Shown: one piece after another, positions 27,136 through 37,190 of the stretch
Layout of the letters: each line of letters begins with the position of its first letter
Position numbering within the stretch: position 1 is the first letter of the stretch
DNA from: a virus
Lineage: Duplodnaviria > Caudoviricetes
Length of the DNA stretch: 38,853 nucleotides
Virus record (IMG/VR): IMGVR_UViG_3300002171_000004
Location: 1-38,853 of that record
Direction: 5' to 3' (one strand)
The notes under the pieces: model-generated
Seen by the model: only the letters and a program-made list of their open reading frames with translations
The model's database searches: none
What the model was told of the DNA's origin: nothing
Program-made: the position numbers and the translations under genes

Positions 27136-30100
27136 TCACTTAGGTTGAATAAAAGGCTCAGCTTTATTGAAATTTTTATCAAGTTCATTAGAAATTTTTT
27201 CTAATTTAACACCCTCAATATCTAGTTTCTTTTGTCTATCATCATCAGACAGCGAAGTGTCTTGAGAAATATTTTCAATTCTTTTTAAAATTTGATTTAT
27301 TTGAGATTTACCAGAAGTGGATAAACCTTTAATTTGATTAACATCTTGAAGTTGTTGATAAAGTTCATCATATTTAGCATTAGAAAACCCCATAGAATAA
27401 GGAGAAGCATAATCAGTAATATTTCTTTTTGAAGGATTACCTTCTGGATCTAAATAAGGTAATAATTGTTTGCTTAAAAATGGTAAGTCTTTTTTAATTG
27501 AACCCAAAAAACCTTCACCTTTAACACTTCTCATTACTGGATCAATTACAGTTGCAATATACCTTAATAGACCATTGTATGGGATTACTTGACCTGCAGA
27601 AAAACCTAGTGTTGATTCTGTAGTGTAGTCAGTTTCTCCAGCCAATAGTTTAGATAAATTATTTAAACCTTGTAGCATTGGTTGTTGAGCGAATCTTTGA
27701 AATTGATTCATCAAAACATTAGCCATTTTTTTATACTCAGAAGTTGTAAATTTATCAGGTGCTTGTTCATGTTGGTATTTCCAAGCCGCCACAGTACCAA
27801 TAGATAATGATAATGGTCCAAAAATATTAATTGGAACCCAAGCATCACCAATTTTTATTGAATAAGGTTTTCTTCCTGAAGCATAAAATATTTTCTTTTC
27901 TTCCTCATCCTTTGGAGCATCTAAAGTTACGTTGTTTGAAGCCACTAATAGAGTAGATAATAACGTAGCAGCGGTTCCCAATTCAACTTTAGCTAATTGA
28001 CTAGCCTTATTAGTGTTTTTGTACAAGGTAGCCAGTCCTAGAGGGCTAAATTCAATGGTTTGCTTAGCAACTTGAGTAGCCATATTAATAAATGGAATCA
28101 TCCATTTTACTGGAGCATTTTTTCTTCCAGATACCAACCAAGATTCAAAAGAGTCAATGGCACTTAATAAAGCTCCTTGTCCTGTTTTATTACTAGCATC
28201 TGGAGTAGATCTTCCCAAAAAGTATTCTGCCATTTTAGTAGCAGATTCTTTTGCAGTAGCATCATCAACTCCTTTTGATTTTTGAACAGCAAATTCACCA
28301 GAAGAGATTAAACTTGAGAAAAATTTATCATTCATTTCCATCATATTGGAAAAAATCTTAGCAGCACCTGGGATTCTGTCCATTCTAGTAGCCCTAACTA
28401 AATCAGTCATATCTTTAGTGGTAATATTGGCAATATCAGGATTTAATATTGAAGTTTTACCTCTTAAAATATCAATTGAAGCTTGAGCAGCCTGAGGAAT
28501 CTGATTAACAACATTTTTATAGTAATTTGGAATATCTTTTAAATATTTTGTTCTTTCTTTTCCAGTTAAAGTTGATAAAACTACGTCATTTAAAGTTTCA
28601 AAACCCATTTGTGCAGGTTTAGTCAAAAATGTTTGCATTAAATTGTACCAAGTATTTCTTCCTGTTGGTCCCCAAGTATTTGGATTAGACAACATATTGT
28701 TATAACGGTAAGCATCAATTAATTCAGTTGCTGTTGGTGGAATATTTTTACCAATTTCACCAAGAACTTCAGTTAATTTAGCATTTTTTTCCGCCCCTTC
28801 TGGAAGTTGTCTTACTTCAGTCATTAAAGAACTAATTTTATCTTGCAACTCTTTTGTAAAATCAACTTTTTTAACACCAAATAACTTATTAACAATTCCA
28901 GTTCTTTTTTCATTAGCCTGATCAATCACTTTTTTAGCAAAATCTTCCATTCCTTTAACTGTTTTAGTACTTAAAAGAGATAAGACTTGATTTGCCTGAC
29001 CAGCTCTTAAAGCTTTATCAGCAGCAGCATCAATAATAGCATCAGCTTCAGTGAATTTACCTTCTAAGTCTAATTTTTTTGCCATAACAATGGATTGAGC
29101 GGAAATATCAGCATCCCATTTGTCTGGACTCAAAACATCCTTATAAACTTGATCATAATTATCTAAAACTGATTTTTCAGCATTAGCATAAGTTTCAGCA
29201 TTATGAATTTGAGGATAAACTCCTTCAGCTAAGTTTTTAGTGGCACTAGATAATTGATCAGTATTTTTTACGGTAGTAATCAATCCTTTTTCTCTCATTC
29301 CAGGTTCTATAACTGGCCCAACACTTTTTGCAGTATATTCACCAGAATTAATAACATCTTTTGGTAAATTTTTTAATGTTCTAGTGTTTAAACCGATATT
29401 AAATTCTGGATTTTTTGCTGAAACAAGTCTATCTTCCATAAACTTAGAAACAGTATTCATCCATTCTTTTGGATCACGAATACTTAGTTGCTTCATTTCT
29501 TTAGAACCAACAACATCTGGAATTATTTTTTTAGAAACATCAATTGCTTCCTGAATAATTTGCATTTGAGTTTGTGGAGTGAAACTATCATAATTTCTTA
29601 TTCCACGAATTGCTCTTAAAATATCATCCTGACTATTCACAATTGTTTCCATTGCTTGTTTTTTCTTAGCAACAGTCAAACCACCAAAAACTAATAAAGG
29701 TAACTCAGCAATATTTCCAATTGTTTTTTGAGTATCAGTTTTTCCAAAAACATCTCCTAACCCTGCATTTTTTTGGCCTGTTAAATAAGGAACCGCATTT
29801 TTATAAGATTCAATGGTACTTTTACCTTCTTTTTGTTCTTTTGTCACACCTTTAAGACCGTTATACATTGCCATTACTAAATCATCAACTCCAGTAAATC
29901 CTGGAATTACTTGAGCAGCTCCAAAAGCAGCATTAACGCCAGATAGTACTCGTTCAGTCCCTGATTTTGTTTTATCAGCAGCTTGTTTAATGTTGTAAGG
30001 AACCTGAGCTAAAGGACCTAAGGTGTAATTTGTTGCTGCCTGTCTTAAAGGACCAACATTCTCAGTAAATTCTTTTTGAGTATTAGGATCTGAAATTAAT

Positions 30101-30399
30101 TTTAAATTTTGTTTATAGTTTTCAGCTCCTTGTTTTGCAATTTCTCCAGTTTTTTGAATAATTTGTCCTGGAAGTGAAGATTTTAATTGATCACCATAAG
30201 AACCGTCAGTTTTACCATATAAAGACTCTTGTTGTCTATTAAAAGTATCAAGTAAATTACCTCCAACTTTTTTTAAACCCTCCATAAATCTAGAACCAAA
30301 AGAGGGTTGAGTATTAACTGCAGTATTTTGAGTAACTGGAGTTGTTTTATTACCGCCTATTCCAATATTTTTTAAGAATGAGCCAAAGTCTAATGCCAT
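27136..30399 (-). CDS. Large putative internal virion / DNA ejection protein
   Basis: 1087 aa, helical; C-terminal PFI...Q..EFSPLG and PYSIKIGDAWVP pattern seen in podovirus-type ejection proteins. Confidence 0.55.
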   Translation of the reverse strand: MALDFGSFLKNIGIGGNKTTPVTQNTAVNTQPSFGSRFMEGLKKVGGNLLDTFNRQQESLYGKTDGSYGDQLKSSLPGQIIQKTGEIAKQGAENYKQNLKLISDPNTQKEFTENVGPLRQAATNYTLGPLAQVPYNIKQAADKTKSGTERVLSGVNAAFGAAQVIPGFTGVDDLVMAMYNGLKGVTKEQKEGKSTIESYKNAVPYLTGQKNAGLGDVFGKTDTQKTIGNIAELPLLVFGGLTVAKKKQAMETIVNSQDDILRAIRGIRNYDSFTPQTQMQIIQEAIDVSKKIIPDVVGSKEMKQLSIRDPKEWMNTVSKFMEDRLVSAKNPEFNIGLNTRTLKNLPKDVINSGEYTAKSVGPVIEPGMREKGLITTVKNTDQLSSATKNLAEGVYPQIHNAETYANAEKSVLDNYDQVYKDVLSPDKWDADISAQSIVMAKKLDLEGKFTEADAIIDAAADKALRAGQANQVLSLLSTKTVKGMEDFAKKVIDQANEKRTGIVNKLFGVKKVDFTKELQDKISSLMTEVRQLPEGAEKNAKLTEVLGEIGKNIPPTATELIDAYRYNNMLSNPNTWGPTGRNTWYNLMQTFLTKPAQMGFETLNDVVLSTLTGKERTKYLKDIPNYYKNVVNQIPQAAQASIDILRGKTSILNPDIANITTKDMTDLVRATRMDRIPGAAKIFSNMMEMNDKFFSSLISSGEFAVQKSKGVDDATAKESATKMAEYFLGRSTPDASNKTGQGALLSAIDSFESWLVSGRKNAPVKWMIPFINMATQVAKQTIEFSPLGLATLYKNTNKASQLAKVELGTAATLLSTLLVASNNVTLDAPKDEEEKKIFYASGRKPYSIKIGDAWVPINIFGPLSLSIGTVAAWKYQHEQAPDKFTTSEYKKMANVLMNQFQRFAQQPMLQGLNNLSKLLAGETDYTTESTLGFSAGQVIPYNGLLRYIATVIDPVMRSVKGEGFLGSIKKDLPFLSKQLLPYLDPEGNPSKRNITDYASPYSMGFSNAKYDELYQQLQDVNQIKGLSTSGKSQINQILKRIENISQDTSLSDDDRQKKLDIEGVKLEKISNELDKNFNKAEPFIQPK

Positions 30400-30401
30400 A
30401 T

Positions 30402-32138
30402 TTAGAATCCAAAGAATTTTTTAATATTTCCCAATGCAGTAGTTCCAAAGTTTTTAACTTTGTCTAATAATCCTGTATTGGTACTAGTAGATGGTCCCAT
30501 TGATGGACCTGAAGTTACTGAATTGTTTGAATTTACCGAAAGACTTGGCATTGTTGGAGAAACAAAAGAAGAGTTTGCTCCAACAGCTGTTGGTAAATTA
30601 AGATTTAATGATTTAAGATTTAAATTTGGACCAAAATTAGTACCTGATAAATCAATGTTTCCTTTTGCGACTGGAATATTGTCTTGAGGCGTAGTAACAG
30701 TTGGAGCAGGTTTGCCTTTTAAGAAATCAACCGCTTTAGAAAAGAAATTTTCTTTTTTTACAGTTGGTTCTGTGACCGTTGGTTCAGTTGTTGCAACTGT
30801 TGGTTGAGTGGCTCCAGCACTTAAAATTGTTGGTGACATAAATGGTCCAGTTTGAGTTTTATCAGTTGAACCAAATGAATTTTGAAGAGAATTTACATCA
30901 ACACTATTATCGGTTGGACTTAAAAATTGTTTTAATCTGGTTAAACCACCATTAATAAAATCAGTTAAAGTTTTTCCTGATTGAACCTGAAAACGGGATT
31001 CAAATCCAGTTGCAGCTGGAGTATAAAGTTTAAAGTTTGTATTATCAGATGGGCTAAATGATTGGTCTACTGGATTGTAATTAAATTGTTTAGTAGTAGT
31101 GATTCCGTTGGCATTTGTTTGAGGAACAACCAAAGAATAACCATTAGTTTCATCTAATTGTTTAATTGCCCGATTAGCGTCAGTAGTACTCACAAATGGA
31201 GTTTTAACAGCCTTTTGGCCAGTTGTTGAATCAACGACATAAAAAATACTTCCAGTTGGATTTGATTCAATCGTATATTTGCTTCTAATGTAATCTGGAG
31301 TTGATTTTAATTTGTCATTTTCTAATTCTTGGTGAGTGATTGATTGAACTTTTCCACTTCTATCTAAAACATCAAAAACTTGGCCGACTTCTCTTTGAGC
31401 CAATCTATTTTTAACATAATCAGTATTTTCAGCAACGTCAGTGTAATAAGTTTGGGGGATATCAATTCCTTTTGATTCAGCAGTACTTAGTGCAGTTTTC
31501 ATTTGAGTACCGTTTTGAAGTAATTGTTGATCTAACTGATATCCAGTTATTTTTCCATTTTGAAAATCTTGAATTAATTGTTTATTTTCAGTAGCAACAT
31601 AAGCAAAATATTTATCCAAATTATTTTTAATAGTCGTTTTTCCTGCAGCAGCACCCTCACTAATAACCTGATTTTTTAATTTTGCCTCTTCAGTTACCAA
31701 ATCAGCATAAGTACTGGTTCCCTTTGGAGCTAAATCCTTTAATTTACGCACAATATCAAGTTCATTTTGAGTAGTAACTTTTCCTTTAAATTGTTCAAGC
31801 ATATTTGCTCTTGCCTGTTCAACAGTAGTTTTTGCATTATTTTCAATTAAAGTTTTATTGTATTTTTCCGCCTCTACCATTAAAGACGTGTAAGTTGAAG
31901 CTTTGGTGCTACCAGCATCTAAACCTTTAATTTTATCCGATAAATAATTTTTAAAATCTTCATACTTTAAACTTCCCAACTTAAAAAGATTTAATTTGGT
32001 TTGTAAATCATTTTCCTCAGCAGTATCAATAGCTTTTTGAAAAGTAGAAGCATATCTAGAAGCGATATTTGAATAAGAAGAATCCCCAGTAGGAATTTTG
32101 CTTAATCTACGTCTTGGATTAGATGTGACTGTTGCCAT
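30402..32138 (-). CDS. Putative internal virion / ejection protein
   Basis: 578 aa, helical N-half, S/T/P-rich C-terminus; lies between the portal and the large protein. Confidence 0.45.
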   Translation of the reverse strand: MATVTSNPRRRLSKIPTGDSSYSNIASRYASTFQKAIDTAEENDLQTKLNLFKLGSLKYEDFKNYLSDKIKGLDAGSTKASTYTSLMVEAEKYNKTLIENNAKTTVEQARANMLEQFKGKVTTQNELDIVRKLKDLAPKGTSTYADLVTEEAKLKNQVISEGAAAGKTTIKNNLDKYFAYVATENKQLIQDFQNGKITGYQLDQQLLQNGTQMKTALSTAESKGIDIPQTYYTDVAENTDYVKNRLAQREVGQVFDVLDRSGKVQSITHQELENDKLKSTPDYIRSKYTIESNPTGSIFYVVDSTTGQKAVKTPFVSTTDANRAIKQLDETNGYSLVVPQTNANGITTTKQFNYNPVDQSFSPSDNTNFKLYTPAATGFESRFQVQSGKTLTDFINGGLTRLKQFLSPTDNSVDVNSLQNSFGSTDKTQTGPFMSPTILSAGATQPTVATTEPTVTEPTVKKENFFSKAVDFLKGKPAPTVTTPQDNIPVAKGNIDLSGTNFGPNLNLKSLNLNLPTAVGANSSFVSPTMPSLSVNSNNSVTSGPSMGPSTSTNTGLLDKVKNFGTTALGNIKKFFGF

Positions 32139-34048
32139 TATTGACCTCCTGGGCCTGGAGGAATAACCTGTCCACCAGTTGATTCAGGCACTACTGCTTC
32201 TTGAGCTGTAGGAGGGTAAGGTCTATTTTCATCAGGATTTTTATTTTGAAGAGCCATATTATTTGTGTTAGGGGCTTCTGGATTTAAATTTTCAGGAGCA
32301 TTATTATTTCCACCATTCATTTTGGCTCTATTAGCTTCAATTTCTGAATTCATAGCAGATAAACTTTGTAGAATCTGTTGAATTTGAGATCTGACTTGTT
32401 GAACCTTCAAAGCACGATCAGGAGAAAGTGCTGGATCATCAACTTCTTGTTTAAGATAATCAATAGTTTCATCAGAAGTTCCCATACCCATGAGAACATT
32501 ATATTTATCAATTGCTTGATGAAGTGAAGTCATATTAGTTTGGATACCAAGAACTAGATTTTGGATTTCTCTAGAAATATCTTGAGGTAAATTCTCTGGC
32601 CAAACAATTTTCATTTCGTGGTCATAAACAGTATCAACTTTTACTTCATTAGTATCAGTTTTTATAGTCAAAGCTTCTGGATCATTTTTCTCTACAATTT
32701 TGAATGCCATTTTTACCAATTGTTTTAAAGCCCATTCCCAATCAATTTTTCTATTATCAGTAGTAAGAGTGGCTGATTGCATAGAAATTTTTGCTTGGAA
32801 TCCTGAAGTAACATTAGCTGGGAATACTCCACCTGCAGCCTCTGGCATTAAAGCCACAAAATGTAAAAGTGAAATCAACATTTTTACCTGTTGAATCATT
32901 GGAGCAATTTGAGCTGGATTAGATAAAATTTCCACCGATTCACCCCGATCAGACTTTTTAGCTGGGACCAACATTCCACGCCACTTTTGAGGTTTGACTC
33001 CACCCAAAGCATTATTGTATTCCATAATGGTTGGATAAGCTAAATCACGAGCTACTTCAGAAATACCAGAAATAAGAGCATTAATTTCTTGAGCCAAATC
33101 AATCCAACGTTCAATTTCAGAATGACCATGAACATCATTTAATTGTTGAATATTATTTATTGGAATTAAAGGACAAAAACCTAAATCATGTCTAATTTCT
33201 TGAACACAACGACCATTAATTACAATTCTGACTGTTTTATCTCCATATCTTTTAAAGACAGTCACCATATTATCATCTTCTGCTGGAAAATTTTGTGGAA
33301 AATAAGGATCATTAAAGTCTGGAGACGCTTCAAAATTATATTTACTTAACACTGCAGCCAAAGACATTCTTGAGTAGGTAATAAAAGATTCGGGTTTTTC
33401 AAAATCATTTTCTTGCCACTTAACTCTAGTAACAAATGGATTCAAAACTGATAAATCAAAAGTTCCTTTTTTACCACCTAAAGGATTATTTTTATTCCAA
33501 AAAGGATAAAGATAAGTGTACCCAATTAAAAATGCATTTTTTGCTCCATCTCTAAATCTTTTTGGCCAATTACAATCTGATAATAATCTTTCAGTCATAG
33601 TTTCTTTAAAAGAAGCTTCAGCTTGAGCCATTGGATCTGGATCACCCACAAATTGAACCGCTGGAGCATTATTGGTTAAAAGATAGGTAAATAAATCAAT
33701 GAAAGTAGCACCAAGATTAACTTTTACTTTGATATTTCCTTCTAAATTAGAAACACCCTGTTCATAATCATTGCCTTGATAAAAATTTCTTGCTCGTTCA
33801 TTTTTAACCTGTAAATCGTTATAAAGCGTACTAGTTGAATTAAATTCAGCTAAAACTTCAGCTCCTAAAGTTAATTGAGCTTGAGCAATTTCATAAGCAT
33901 CACTTCTGGGAACTTTTTCAGGGTTTAAACCTATTTTCTCAATAGCAGTGGCAATAACATTAGCTGTTTCCTTAATGAGACCTTTACTGGCCTGCTCTTC
34001 TTTTAAAGCTATATCGGTTGTTCCTGACATAAGTGGTCCTGTTGTCAT
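32138..34048 (-). CDS. Portal protein (SPP1 gp6-like)
   Basis: Follows TerL; FYQG, HDLGFCPLIPI.N, GHSEIE..IDL..EIN and TSG..AK. Confidence 0.85.
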   Translation of the reverse strand: MTTGPLMSGTTDIALKEEQASKGLIKETANVIATAIEKIGLNPEKVPRSDAYEIAQAQLTLGAEVLAEFNSTSTLYNDLQVKNERARNFYQGNDYEQGVSNLEGNIKVKVNLGATFIDLFTYLLTNNAPAVQFVGDPDPMAQAEASFKETMTERLLSDCNWPKRFRDGAKNAFLIGYTYLYPFWNKNNPLGGKKGTFDLSVLNPFVTRVKWQENDFEKPESFITYSRMSLAAVLSKYNFEASPDFNDPYFPQNFPAEDDNMVTVFKRYGDKTVRIVINGRCVQEIRHDLGFCPLIPINNIQQLNDVHGHSEIERWIDLAQEINALISGISEVARDLAYPTIMEYNNALGGVKPQKWRGMLVPAKKSDRGESVEILSNPAQIAPMIQQVKMLISLLHFVALMPEAAGGVFPANVTSGFQAKISMQSATLTTDNRKIDWEWALKQLVKMAFKIVEKNDPEALTIKTDTNEVKVDTVYDHEMKIVWPENLPQDISREIQNLVLGIQTNMTSLHQAIDKYNVLMGMGTSDETIDYLKQEVDDPALSPDRALKVQQVRSQIQQILQSLSAMNSEIEANRAKMNGGNNNAPENLNPEAPNTNNMALQNKNPDENRPYPPTAQEAVVPESTGGQVIPPGPGGQ

Positions 34049-34049
34049 T

Positions 34050-35474
34050 TTATTTTTTGTATGGCTCTGGATAAGAGCTTATTTGGTATTCCTTAATACC
34101 ATGAACTGCTAATGCTAACGACATCACACAATCTGTCTCCATTCCCTTATCATTTAGGTCCCTAGGATACGAATGTAATTCGTTTCTTAGTTGATAAATA
34201 TAAGGTATTTTCAACATTTTCTGCGATATAAAGTATTGCAAATTGTTAATTAAAGATATTTTTTTACCTGGACTGCCACCAAAATTATAAGGGATAAAAG
34301 GTATCCCGACATCTGATAGCCACTCCTGCTGCATATCTCCAGCAGAAGCTGTGGAGTCAATGATCATATCACCCCCATACTGGCGGTAAATATTAAGCAA
34401 ATCACTTATGATTTTATCCCAAGTGACAAAGCCTCCACCTTCCCTGTAAAAGTTCACAACTGTGTACGGTTGGTCCGTAACATCAACTGTTATACAAACA
34501 GTATAGTCATCTTTTCTGCCAAAGTCCACACCATGTAAATACCTTCTTCCAGTCCTTCTATCAATATGTTCAGGCAAATTATCATCAATTATTTCTTCAA
34601 GTAAACTATCAGGGAAAGCCAGGGCAGAATTATCTGTAAATCTTCCCATAATTCTTTCTTCAATAATTGAATCATCTCTTGAATTTAAAAATCTTCCAAT
34701 TTTTTCTTGATTAGCATATTGATTGGTTCTAGAGTCAACATAACAAGAAAAAGTTCTTGGATTATAATTTGGATTTTCACCTCCATCCTCAAAAATTCTA
34801 ATCCCTGGCAGCCAAAGTTGATAATATTCACCTTTTCCTTTTGGAGTTCCAAATCCAGCAATTACCCCTCCACGCCTCCAGGTTCTTGGAGTTAAAACTT
34901 TTTCAACACAGTGAATTAAGTGTCGGACATCTGGAGGTTCATTAATTAAAATTAAATCATGAGCATCTCCTTCAACATGTTTTCCTTTTTCATGCAAACC
35001 AGTGGCCACAATTACTGTTCCATTTTTTAAAGTAATTGTAGGGTGGGGGTTTCTTTTGGTACCAGTAGTTATTGAAGCAACTTTATGTTTTAGAAATGGA
35101 GAATCTTTAAAAAATTTCTCCACCTTCTCCCAAAGTTCCACTGCACTTTTCTGTTCTGGACCAGTACATAGAATTGAATAAGGAGCTGAATTAAATTCCT
35201 CAATATTTTCCCAAATCTTATTTGGTTTAGTTTTATAACATCCCCATTTTACAGCCATAAAAGCAGCAGTCCATGTTTTTCCAGCAGAATTTCCTCCAGC
35301 CATCCATAACTCGTCAAATTTACCAGTTTCAGCTTGATCAATAATAAGTTGCTGATCTTTTGTAGGATGGAGGATGTTTGAAGGACCAGAAGAAACATAG
35401 AGACTGATAAATAAATCAGTGTCGTAAAAAGCTTCAGACCATTTCTGTTTATAAAGTTCTGGGAGTGTCGTCAT
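34050..35474 (-). CDS. terL: Terminase large subunit
   Basis: Walker A GGNSAGKT, variant Walker B LILINE, GTPKG coupling motif, nuclease GVDFG..DDYT and D.VMSLALA. Confidence 0.93.
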   Translation of the reverse strand: MTTLPELYKQKWSEAFYDTDLFISLYVSSGPSNILHPTKDQQLIIDQAETGKFDELWMAGGNSAGKTWTAAFMAVKWGCYKTKPNKIWENIEEFNSAPYSILCTGPEQKSAVELWEKVEKFFKDSPFLKHKVASITTGTKRNPHPTITLKNGTVIVATGLHEKGKHVEGDAHDLILINEPPDVRHLIHCVEKVLTPRTWRRGGVIAGFGTPKGKGEYYQLWLPGIRIFEDGGENPNYNPRTFSCYVDSRTNQYANQEKIGRFLNSRDDSIIEERIMGRFTDNSALAFPDSLLEEIIDDNLPEHIDRRTGRRYLHGVDFGRKDDYTVCITVDVTDQPYTVVNFYREGGGFVTWDKIISDLLNIYRQYGGDMIIDSTASAGDMQQEWLSDVGIPFIPYNFGGSPGKKISLINNLQYFISQKMLKIPYIYQLRNELHSYPRDLNDKGMETDCVMSLALAVHGIKEYQISSYPEPYKK

Positions 35475-36001
35475 ACATTTTTCCCCGCTTGAATAGTTTT
35501 AATAAAATCTTGGTCCATTGTCTCAAATTCAGTATCCAAAGAAGTTTTAACACCTCTACGCCCCTGTTCTTTTAAAGCCTCAATATATAATTTTTCAGTA
35601 ATTGGCATTTGACCGTCTTGAACCATAGAATCACCCATATCCACAATTCTTTGGAGAGCTTGGCTAACCTCGGTTCCAGTTTGTTTTATGTGAACAATCA
35701 TCTTTTGGATCTTTTTACTGCCCATTTTGTGAAATTCAGCCACATAAGGAGCGTGTCTAGATAAGTGAGTAAGAACTGATTTTTGAGAAATCATTAATCC
35801 CTCTACAACCAAATAATCAACAATCTCTTTTGAAGTGTGAGACAAAGCCATTTCATCAACTTTGTCTCTCAAAGATTCACCTTTTCTATTTTTTGCCATA
35901 CAAACTCGGCAACTAGCCGAATGTTTATAGCCCATTTTCTCTCCATCAGAATAATTTGTTGGCATTACACTGCCTTCAATAACTTTTTTCTTATTTTCCA
36001 T
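35471..36001 (-). CDS. Putative terminase small subunit
   Basis: Directly upstream of terL with ATGA overlap; CRVC...H...H and HTH-like N-terminus, then helices. Confidence 0.65.
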   Translation of the reverse strand: MENKKKVIEGSVMPTNYSDGEKMGYKHSASCRVCMAKNRKGESLRDKVDEMALSHTSKEIVDYLVVEGLMISQKSVLTHLSRHAPYVAEFHKMGSKKIQKMIVHIKQTGTEVSQALQRIVDMGDSMVQDGQMPITEKLYIEALKEQGRRGVKTSLDTEFETMDQDFIKTIQAGKNV

Positions 36002-36007
36002 TAATTA

Positions 36008-36036
36008 ATTATGCTGTTTATTTGCTCTCAGGTCAA
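36008..36036 (-). promoter_or_regulatory. Sigma70-type promoter, predicted leaderless transcript
   Basis: TTGACC-17 bp-CATAAT-6 nt-ATG(36001). Confidence 0.75.
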
Positions 36037-36347
36037 TGCTTTTTCTTAAAATGTTTTCTGTGTCCATTTGGTCTGGAATCATTAGCCAAAGATCTTTCAA
36101 GGTGGCCACCTTTATCACAATAATTGTTTTTCTCATTATGGACCCCTAATTTATCTTTAAAACAAACCCTTGGTTTTAATTCACAATGAGCTATGTCATT
36201 TGGAGTTAGACCACTATGGTATTCAATACCATCAAGATTAATTCTGTCAGTTATAGCTCCATTTTCTTTGGCAAATCTAAAGCGAGTGTTTTCTTGAAGT
36301 GTAGACTCGCAACTAAAATCTTTACAAAAACATTCTGATCTTGCCAT
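36033..36347 (-). CDS. Cys-rich hypothetical protein
   Basis: 104 aa, 6 Cys, own promoter. Confidence 0.6.
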   Translation of the reverse strand: MARSECFCKDFSCESTLQENTRFRFAKENGAITDRINLDGIEYHSGLTPNDIAHCELKPRVCFKDKLGVHNEKNNYCDKGGHLERSLANDSRPNGHRKHFKKKH

Positions 36348-36353
36348 ACACTA

Positions 36354-36382
36354 AGTTTATTTTTTTTAAAATTTTAAGTCAA
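36354..36382 (-). promoter_or_regulatory. Sigma70-type promoter, predicted leaderless transcript
   Basis: TTGACT-17 bp-TAAACT-6 nt-ATG(36347). Confidence 0.7.
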
Positions 36383-36606
36383 TGAATCAAATTAATGGGG
36401 AGGGTTTTTTAGGAATGGGGGGTGTAGTTGCTAAGGGGTGGAGGTGGATATTTGGTAATGTGGCTGGGGGTAATATGCATAGTTTCAGAAGGGCCTCTTC
36501 CCATGTCCCCCACCCCCCTCCAGACTATTTCTACACTGTTATAGGATTCTATTTTTAGAGTTATGGGTGTATAGCGTCCATGTTGTGCCTAGAAAGGGTA
36601 TAAAGC

Positions 36607-36634
36607 ACGTCGCACAATGTAGATTGTGCGACAC
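36607..36634. other. Palindromic dif-like (Xer-type) recombination site
   Basis: ACGTCGCACAA-TGTAGA-TTGTGCGACAC: 11-6-11 layout with a perfect 10-bp inverted repeat. Confidence 0.55.
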
Positions 36635-37112
36635 TATCATGTAAATATGAACCTAAAACACCAAATATTTATGATGGACTATATCGTTATACCCTCTCCA
36701 CTTTTTACAACTTTCTGACTCTCTCCAATCATTAGCACTCTATTACCTCCATGCTCAGTATCTTTCAGTATCTATTTTACTAAGTACTTATATATTATTA
36801 CCTTATAACCTTATTACCTTTAAACCTTTGACTCATATCAGCTAATTACTAATATACTTCGTTATTAAGTACTAATTGCTATGAACTGTAGTAATTCATA
36901 TTATAATATGCGGGATTGATATTTGTGCCTGAATAGTAGAAAGGCACATTATAGGTCTAAATAATGACATCATGAGAGGCTCTAGGACTCACGATAATAG
37001 GTGAAGTGGTATAAAGTATCCTCTAAAATATAGATTTATAGAAGTCATTTAGTGGCTAAGCTACCAACTAACTATAATATAATCTACTATCAACTATATA
37101 GTATTTGCCCCC

Positions 37113-37140
37113 TTGACAAGGTTTCTTTATATACTATACT
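37113..37140 (+). promoter_or_regulatory. Early promoter followed by an inverted repeat
   Basis: TTGACA-16 bp-TATACT; TATAAACAA(37150-58)/TTGTTTATA(37170-78) just downstream. Confidence 0.7.
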
Positions 37141-37190
37141 TTATATAGATATAAACAAAATATTAATAATTGTTTATACCAAAAGAGACT

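Noticed and set aside
18747-34895. Short + strand ORFs in the structural arm (18747, 25499, 26327, 26612, 30460, 32700, 34707)
   Set aside because: Antisense shadows of structural genes
36348-37190. CRISPR mini-array
   Set aside because: No 25-40 bp repeats with regular spacers
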